Origin: Candidatus Methanophagaceae archaeon
GTDB lineage: Archaea; Halobacteriota; Syntropharchaeia; Alkanophagales; Methanospirareceae
NCBI GenBank assembly: GCA_003194425.1
Contig: PQXB01000001.1
Coordinates: forward strand, 610,444-642,443
Direction of reading: 5' to 3'
Length of the DNA: 32,000 bases
Part shown: piece by piece, positions 1 through 9,500 of the stretch
How positions within the stretch are numbered: position 1 is the stretch's first letter
How the letters are laid out: each line of letters starts with the position of its first letter
Notes under the pieces: generated by a model
Seen by the model: the letters and a program-made list of their open reading frames with translations, nothing else
Database searches by the model: none
Told to the model about the DNA's origin: nothing
Translations under genes and position numbers: made by a program

Positions 1-560
1 GTGCTTGAAGTCAAGGTTTGGCTTGCCTTCTTCCGGTAACTGCGCCTCTTCTACCGCTTCTAAATCCTCTATTCTACCGTCGGCAACCTCGAAATATGCC
101 GTGCCAGAGCCTGTGGCTGTTTCCACTGCCTCCTCTCGCGGCACCGTACTCACTCTCGCTGCACCCTCCGCAAAGACGGACTCCCCGCAGAACTCACCAC
201 TAACATTCGCAGTGTTTCTGTCCTCGCCTTCTTCTACTACTGTCGCGTTAAACTCGATGCTCAGGTTCTCGCAGTATTTTAGCTCAAGCGGCGGGAACGA
301 CCACCTACATTCTTTCCCCACCACGGTTGGCTCCACCGCTGCTACTGTTCCGTTTGGATACCGAACCGTTGCGTCGCCTGCCTCGTAGGTCAGGCTCTCC
401 GAGAGAATGTCCTTTACCAGAATATTGGAGAGGTTGCAGGTCTCGTTCTCGTAGCGGTTGTGCAGCCAAATTCTGAACCGCACGGTCTCGTTGACACGAA
501 CAGTGCTCTCGCTCGCCCATTCCACGCTCGTCTCGTTGAAGACTGTTTTGGTTACTTCTA
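1..560 (-). other. DUF11-like 'conserved repeat domain' module, truncated by the window edge
   Basis: Translation is ..IEVTKTVFNETSVEWASESTVRVNETVRFRIWLHNRYENETCNLSNILVKDILSESLTYEAGDATV.. This fits the pattern typical of DUF11 repeats. Assigned from memory. Confidence 0.35.
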
Positions 561-3500
561 TTCTTGGCTTTGTCGGCGGCGGTCCCGGGGCGTCTATTCT
601 TAAATTCGTGCTGTCTGTCCCCGTTAATCCGTCGTTGTCCATTACTTTAAGAGAGACAACGCCGGAATACGCAGCGTCCCAAGTCTTCGACGGCTTCGCA
701 CCAACAGCGTCGTCAAACTCGCCGTCGTCGTCAAAGTCCCATTTATAACTTTCTATCCTCCCGTCCGCGTCGTAAGAACCCGTGCCGTCAAAAACTACTG
801 GAACTCCGACAACACCTGTGTAGGGTCCGTTTGCGTCTGCTACTGGCGGCTCCCCCGAGCCGGCCTCAGCGTCAAAATACTCCGCTCCCGAGACAAGCGC
901 CGTCAAACCGCTCCCGTTTAAATCCGCGTAAAACCCGTAAACCACCGCGTGCACTCCGCTCGTGCCGGTCAAAAGCGTCCTGCTCACTTCTATTTCTGTC
1001 TCGCCTGCTCGCAGCGACTCGTTCTGCTCAAATTCGTCCAGTAACTCGTCCTCAGCGTTGTAAATCTCTGTCCTCAACCGCCCGCCGCTGCCCCCTGAAA
1101 CATTCCGGTTTGACTCTATTTTCAACTTCAGCTCCAAATCCTCCCCTGAAATATATTCTTCCTTATCCAAACTCACTTCCAAAATCCGCGCAGAAAAGCC
1201 GACGACGTCAAAGGGGTGCGCAGAAGAGTAGTTCCCGAACGCGTAGTCAACATAGTAAGTCCCGGACCGCAGTTCGGCGGGCAGCGTGAATTCCAGCGTC
1301 CTCGGACCGTTAACGGTGTCGTTGAAGGTGTAGCCCGGCGCCGTCAGGTTCAACTCGTCTGTCCTCGTAACATCCACTATTTCTATCTTCACATTCTCGC
1401 CCATTTTGTAAACATCCTTCTCCGTGTACAACCGCAACGGAACCCCCGCCTTCTTCTCGTAGACATAAATTGAGTTGAGGTAAAGCGCCCTGCCAGAGTC
1501 GGTGTAGACGGAGTAGAGCATTTTATTGTCGCCCGTGAAGTTAGCAGGCACATTAAAAGTCAGCGTTTTAGACGCAAAACCGGTTAGGTTGAACCCAGTC
1601 GTGTTCTCGTACTCCCCGAACTTCACCCTCGAATACAAACTCAAATCCATATTCCTGTTGTTCTTCACATCCAGTCTCAGCACCGCCACCTCGCCTTCTT
1701 CGTACAACTTCTTGTCCAGCGACGCGTTAACCGAAATGTTCGCACCCTGCACCAAGTAAACGAACTCTCCTCGCTCTCCTCCGCCGTCCAACAACTCGTA
1801 AATCCCCTTGTACCGCTTCTCCTCCAAGTCGTCGGGAATTGTAAAGTTGAAGCTGACATTCTCCTCCGCGCCCGCTCTCACCCAAGTCCTGTTCGTCTCC
1901 TCAAAGTCCGCGACCGAGAGTTTTAACTCCGCCTCGCCTTCCGAACCGCCCTCGTTCTTTACGCAGAAGACGAGTGTAACATTCTCGCCGAGAGTGAAAT
2001 TCCGCTCCGCCTCAGCAGGCAGAACCGCAGCGACAACAAATTCCGCCGGCGACTGGACATTTACCGTGACATTCACCTCCTCGAACGGCGAGCAGTACCG
2101 CAGCAGGTGCGCCCCCTTTGTCAAGTTGAACGAGACGCTCCCGTTTATTTCCCCTCCTTTCGGCACGAAGAAGTGTTTAGTAATTGTTTGCCGCTCGGTA
2201 GAGGAGACGGAGAAAGTGGCGTTGAACTCCGAATCCAGCACGCCCGTGTTATTTATTGTGAACGGGATCTCTACCTCGCCCTCTAAATATATCGGGTCGG
2301 GCGTTAGGTTTATCTTCGAATTCTCTCCAAATATTATTTCCTTTTGGATTGTTTTGTTCACATCGCCAGAAATCGTAACCTTTAGCGTCGTGTTCTTCGT
2401 GATATTTCTCGTGGTCTCTAACAGCCTCGATTCGCCTTCCGGGACCGTTATGTTCCACGTGCTTGTGGTACTACTGTTTAGCCGGACATTTAGGTCAGCG
2501 TATATTTTTCCAATGTTCTCTATCAGCACACCGACATTGAAATCCTCTAAACCAACTACATCCGGCGTGATTATGCTGACATTTATGCTCGCTGCCTCTA
2601 CGCTGACGAAATCTGTAACTGTTACGCCGTCTACCGTTCCTTCAAGCGTAAAGGAGGTTTTTGAAGTTGTGTCCGTTGTAAAGACATAACTTTCACTCGG
2701 ATCGAGCGTAAAAGTATCAGAGAATATCTCTACACCGTCTTTCTTTATTGACAAGTTGTAATCGTCGGTTAGCACTGCGTTATTTCGCACCTCGCCGAAG
2801 ATCTTTACCGACTCCTTCGGCTTGTACACTGCCTTGTCGGTCTCTAAAGTCAGCGAGGTGTTCTTGTCGGTAACGAAGAACGAGTACCGCTCACTGCTGT
2901 TCATTACCTGCGACGAATTTATGTGGTTGTAGAGCGTTGCGTGCAAGTCTAACTTCCCCACGGCGTCGTTTAGGTCGTCCTGCACGCTGAGCTCGGTAAC
3001 CACATCTTTTACGTCGCCCGCTAACAAGTCTACAGGAATGTCCTTCTCCCAAACGAGTTTTGAAAAGCCTTCCTCTGCTTCCGCAGCGTCGTAGAGGCTC
3101 AATATTTCCTCCTTCGAATCCCCGAGCAAGTAGTACAAAATTACTGTCGTGCTCTCTCCTGGGTCTAAATCTGTCTCCTCCCACTCGAAGAATACGCAGC
3201 CGTCGAACGCCCAACCGTTTGGGTCCGCGTCGTCAATAAAAGTGTCGTAAGAAACAAGGTCCCCCCAGGCGTCGGCGTCCCAGCGGTCTGCGGGCGTTGA
3301 GGAGGACTGTGCTAACGCTGCGTAGTGCTCGTCCCACGCAAGCATTATCGGCTTCCCGTCTGTCTCTTCTAAGTAGTCCCAGAAATCATTCTCGGGACTT
3401 CTGTCAACGTCCCAGTCGCAGACACGTCGGTACTTCAAGCCTGAAATCCTTTCAGAGCCGACATTCTTCAGGCTGACCTTCAGAACCACATATTTCTCTG

Positions 3501-6500
3501 ACTTGGGCAGCAGGAAGTCGTGCGTAAGCTCTAAATTCCCTCCAGTGTCTCTCAAAACAACGACATATTCGCCCTCGCTCTCAGCCTCCGTCTTCTCCTC
3601 AGACACGAACTCTAACCCTTCCACTCCGCTGTCCTCGTAACTGTACCCGTCGTGCAGAGTGCCACCCACGAAATAGCCGAAGTAGAATCCTTCGCCCCAC
3701 CAGCCGACTGCTAAGTGTTCGTTGCCGATTGGATATTGAAGCCCGTAGTAAAGATCATAATCACAAATGTGTGCGAAACTGTCTATTCCTAACTTGATGT
3801 AAGTGCCTGTTGTTCCGAAACCAGCAGTCCCGGGAGGAGAGCCTCGCTCGCTCTCTAAACGGCTGACGTTCTGTTCTTTGACTTGGTTTTGAATTTTAGA
3901 GGTGTTGCTACTACTTGAAGCGGGGCGAGGTGCTTTAGTCCCTTCCACCTCCCTCTGTTGCTGCCGGCTGCTCTTTGAGTAGATTTTTAGGTTGAGCGTT
4001 CCGTTTACGACGGCGCCGTCGAGGTTTGCGATCGTGGTCGTGAGGGTTACATTTTCGTCACTGAAGTAGGCTTTTTTGTCGCTTACCGAGGAAAGAACCG
4101 CTTTCAGCCCCGCCACCTCGCAGGTCTTTGACAGTTTTGAGACCTTTCCGGTTCTGTTGTCCTTGCAGGAGACGAGGAGGTTGTAAGTCCCGTTTACGGC
4201 TTGGTCAGGAATCTCGAACGAGACGGTCTCTGTTTCACCCGCCGAGACATTCCCCTGCTGGTCGTTCTCATAAATCACGAACCCTTTCTTGTCAGAGAAT
4301 TTAATGCTGCAGTTGACGAAGGTCGTGTCGACGCCGCCGGTGTTCGAAATCTTAACGCACACATTCTCGCCTGCGTTGTAACTCGTTCTCCCGCCCCCGA
4401 GACAGAGTTCCAAGTTCGATTCAGGGACGAAAAAAGCGTCCTTCTGCGTGGTGTTGTCGACCGCGATTTCAACGAAGACCTCGTGCTTCCCCGCTGCTGC
4501 GTTACCGACATTCAGGTCGTAGCAGATTTCCTCGGTCTCGTTCGGCCGCACCTCCACGAACCGAGCGTCAGCGAACGCCAAGTCGGGAACTGCAGTCCGA
4601 ACCGTCGAGTTCCAGACGCCTGCACCGAGATTCTTTACCTTCAGGAAGAGCCTCAAGTCCTCCCGCACCCTGTAAATCTTGTCCGGGTTGTCAAAGCTCA
4701 GGTCGACGAGGTAGGACTTGAAGACCTCAAAGTAAGTGGAGTCGGAGCCGATTTTCTTCCCCCCCTCACCGCCCTCTTCGTACGCCTCCGCGGTGACGAT
4801 GTAAATGCCTTTTTCCGCGGCTGCAGGCAGCGTGTAGTAGAGCGTTCGGTTCTCTGTCGCACCAGCGCTGAGGTTGACGGTTAGCGTCTCCTCAAAGACC
4901 TTCTTGTTATTTGGGTCAAGCACTTTTACGGTCACTGTTGCGTTGTGGCGGACGCTCTGCCTGTTCTTGAAGTTCAGGAGTACCGGAACTTTCTCTCCAG
5001 ACGCGTACTCGCTCTTCCCTGTTTCTACCTTAATTTCGAGGGTCGGGCGGAAGCAATAAAACGCTCGCGACGCACCGCCCAAATATGTGCGTGAGGTCTC
5101 GTCGCCCTCGTAAAAGTCTGCCCACAGCCGGTCGTAAGAGAAGACAGGGACAGAGTAGACGAAGCTCGCCTCGCCGTGCGCCGGCACTCTCAGCGTCCTG
5201 TGCAGGTTGCTACGGTGACCTGGTCTCGTCGTGCCGGGGCTGCCGTAAATCGGGTCGTGCTTCGCCCAGTAGTTGTGCGGGAACGACCACCAGCAGGTTA
5301 CAGTCTTATCAGTGTCGCCGTGGTTCCAGAGTTGGATTGTGAACGTGCCGTTACTGCCGTAGGCATAATTTTCACTCTTCGAATTCACGCCATAACTTAT
5401 CCCCTTCCCTTTGTAAACCCAACCATCTGGGTTCGCTGCGTATTTGCTCACTGCGAACCGCTGTGTATCACGCACGCGCTGGACTTCTCCGACACTGTCA
5501 TTCGCCAACGAATAATCAAGATGCCATATTCCGAGTTTTGAACGAGCGGTATCAGTGAAATTAACAGCCCTTGTTTCATACGGCGACACAGTAGTTGCTA
5601 CATTTACAGTGTCTACGACATTTTTATCTGGGTCGATTACCGTGAATTTTACTTTATCGGCGGTTAAATCAATATAACTCCCTACATTTATCGGAATATC
5701 CACAGAATCCCCGGAGCCATATTCAGGCAGTTCTTCTGGGTTCTTTGCCCAAACGACCATATCTCGAATAAGATGTTTTCCGTCTGCTGTCGCTTGATGA
5801 TGCCCGTAAGCCCAATCCGTGTAAATTGTGGTTGCAATTACCGTTCCGTTGCCGTATTCATACATCAGCATTGCGGGCATTCCGTTCTTCGTTCTGCTGA
5901 GCAGCACTGTAGCGTCCTCTGAATATTTCGTGAAATAGCCATCGACATTAACATCCGAAATCTCAGAATCCTGACCTGACAGAATCGGGTGGTAAGTGCT
6001 AATGCCGACAGAACGATGATGACAGCTCTGGTCTTCAAGCCAGCCGTAGCCGCTTAAATCTCCAGGCACTGTGTCAAATTCGTAACCGCGCTGTTGTGCC
6101 AAAACGATGAGCGTGCTGCCGTTCCTGACATACTGCTCTAATTTTGATTTGAACGATTTTAACGAACTTAAACCATAAAAACCTCCAGAGGGAATAACGA
6201 AGACAGGGTGTTTATTCAACTCTTCTATAGAAACATCAACATCCACAAAACCACAGGATTCACCAACTTCATTCAAAATGTCCGAGAATTCATGATAAAA
6301 CCCTCTCGAAAGTACCGCAATCTCTGATTCCGATTCGTAACTCCCGCCCCCGTCCCCTGCACCTCGCGGCGAATAAGAGAGAATAGAGACATCGTAGTTG
6401 TCGTCAGGGTGGTCGTTTCCGGGCCCTGGTGGTGTTTCTCCGTCCTCTTCTCTCTCAAACCCTTCAACACTTTCCGTGTCTTCTCCTTCATTTTCTCCAA

Positions 6501-9500
6501 ATAATAGATCCTTGCCCAAACAAAAAAGCGTCCAGAGGAAAGTAGCGCGATTAGGGGAGGGCACAGTACCCCATATTGCGTCGATTAAGTCAATCAAAAA
6601 TGGATAAGCACGGTAGATGAATGGAAGGAGCGTTGTAAAGTAAAAGCTAACTCCAGTAGACCATAACCAGGGTAGCCCAGTACTCCCCAACCATGACAGA
6701 CCTGCTAATAAATAGGGTCCGCCAAACCACGCTGTAACAGCTGTAAGCATTGAGATGCCGGTTGCTATTCCCACTCGTGGCCACCAATATTTAGCGTAAT
6801 GCCAATAAGTTTGAGCGAAATCAACAGTCGCTTTCCATGCAGTCTCTGCCGCTTGCTTTACTGCTTTAGCGGCTTGCACGACTTTCTGCTTTACCACTTT
6901 AGCGGCTTGCACGACTTTCTGCTTTACCACTTTAGCGGCTTGCACGACTTTCTGCTTTACCACTTTAGCGGCTTGCACGACTTTCTGCTTCCCCACTTTA
7001 GCCGCTTTCACCACGGGTTTCACATACATTTTTTTGAAAAAGTACTTGTAAGTCTGCCAGAAGTCACTCAACCACCCATGACCAGATGGGTCTATCAGAT
7101 TAACCGGATTGTTGTCTACATAATTATATAAATTACCCGTAACTCTCATCTCGCTAATCAAAGAATCTTTACTCAAGAACCTGCCAACAGTTGCGTCGTA
7201 ATATCGCGCGCGATAAAAATACAACCCCGTCTCCTCGTCCTGCTCTCTACCTGTAAATTTATAAGGGTTTTCTACCGCCTCTCCTGTCTCCGCTAAAATC
7301 TTGCCAAAAGCATCATATTTGTAACTCGCCACAATGTCCCCATTTACATCGGTCAGCGAGGTTACGCTGCCCAAGCCATCGAAGAGATAATAGAAGGTAG
7401 CACCACCTCTGCTTATGCTAACAGGCTTATCCACGCCAGGACTATGCGTGTACCTCGCTTTTTGCGTGCCTGTGGCATCTAATTCCATTAAAATATCCTC
7501 GGGCTCGTAGAAAATATTCTTAAAATCATAGAGATAATTTGTCGTTCCGTCCTTGTCTGTCTTACTCAATCTGTCTCCAAGTGGCGAGTACTGGTAGGTT
7601 ACCTGGCTCGCATCTGGAAGCGTCACCTTTGTCAGTCTGTTCTCGTAATCGTATTCGTAACGCGTGGTGCCGGATGCGTTTACTTTTCTTATTAAATTCC
7701 CGTTGTTGTCATAATTGTAACTCGTTCCACCCGCAGTTAACAACCGGTCGTCTGCGTCGTAAGTATAATAAGTCGTGCCATTAGCATCTTTCTCTGATAA
7801 TCTATTGCCTACAACATCGTAAGTGTATTGAGTGAACCCCTCACCGAGTGGGTAAGTTACTTTAGTTAGCTGGTCTAACGCGTCGTATTCATATCGTGTA
7901 ATCCCCCCATTTGCTTCGGTCTTGGTCAGCCGATTGCCCATATTATCGTAAGTGTAAGCGTAGCTATCGTAAGTGTAAGCGTAGCTTGATTTTTTATTTA
8001 CAGTTACAAGCTCGAGCATTCTTCCCGCAGCGTCATAAGAGCAGTGTGTAGAAATGCCGTTTTGATATTGCGTCCCTACAGTCCTACCAAGTCTGTCATA
8101 TTGATATTTCGTAACTTCGCCTGAGGGGTTCGTGAGTTTAACCTGCCTATTGAGTGCGTCGTATTCATATCTTGTGATCCCTGCATCTGGGTCCTTCATC
8201 CTCACACGGTTGCCATTTGCATCGTAGCCATATTTTATGGTCTTGGAAAATGCACCGTAATCTCGTTTAACAGACGCGAGCCTGTCGAGTTCGTCGTATG
8301 AAAATTTTGTAACATCGTTTAATCCAAGACCGATATTTGATATTTTAAGGATATTTCCAACAGCGTCGTAGTCCCGTACAACTTTACCGCCATTTGGATA
8401 GGATGTGGTGAGAAGCCTATTCAAAGGGTCGTAGGAATAAGTTGAGATATTTCCATTCGCATCGACGCGGGAGATGAGGTTTCCAACCGCGTCATAGGCG
8501 TATTTTGTCTGATAGCCAAGAGGGGAAATGGTCTTTGTAAGCATATCCAGAGCGTCATATTCATATCTTACGACCTGCCCTTTCGCATCCGTGTGACTTA
8601 ACAGATTCCCGTTTGCATCATAAGAGAACCTCGTCTCACTACCCGAAGGATCGCTAATCTTACTCAGCCTATTCAAAGCGTCATATTCGTATTTCGTCGT
8701 GCGTCCGTTCACATTTTGCACCGAACGGAGGTTGGAGACTGCGTCATAAAAATAACTTGTTGCGTGACCCAGAGGGTCTGTTGTTTTTGTTAGTCTATTT
8801 AGTGCGTCGTAATTGTAGGAGGTAAGATTATTGGTCTTGTCTATTATGTGAATCCGATTTCCCACTGCGTCGTAAACATAACTTTCTCTATTTCCAAGAG
8901 CATCGACAACGGATATTAATCTATCCAAAGCGTCGTAGTTCATCCTTGTCTTGTTGCCCTTCGCATCAGTGTATTCAATTAAGTTCCCTTTTTGATCGTA
9001 TTTAAACGAAGTTGTATTCCCGGATGCGTCTGTAACACCCCCGATTTTGCCAATAACATTTGGAGCAGTGGAGGTGCTGTGTCCATTTGCATCGATGGTA
9101 TTTATTAAGGTGCCTTCTGCATTGTATTCATATTTCGTTTCATTTCCAAGTGCGTCTGTCTCTTTAACGAGGTTGTCATTTGCATCGTATTCGTATTTCG
9201 TTCTGCCTCCATTTGCATCGGTCGTACCTATCAATCTACCAACAGCATCATACGAAAATTCTGTAACATTTCCCGTCGCATCTCTGATGTTAATCAAGTA
9301 TCCGTGCGTGTCGTAACCAAAAAAGGTAGTAAAGCCCCTAAAATTTCTTATACTCGTCATATCTCCAAACGAATCATAACTCATAACCGAATAATTCCCA
9401 GTGGCATCTCTTATTTTAATCAAGTTGAAGTCCGTGTCATACTCAAGGTTAGTGGCAAAACCTCGCGCATTTGTAGTTCTTACAAGCAGAGAAATATACT

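Noticed and set aside
6865-6996. The regular direct repeats here, and at 22992-23108, considered as a possible CRISPR array
   Set aside because: The units are contiguous with no spacers and are 9-33 bp long. They are in phase with coding frames, and no cas genes are present.
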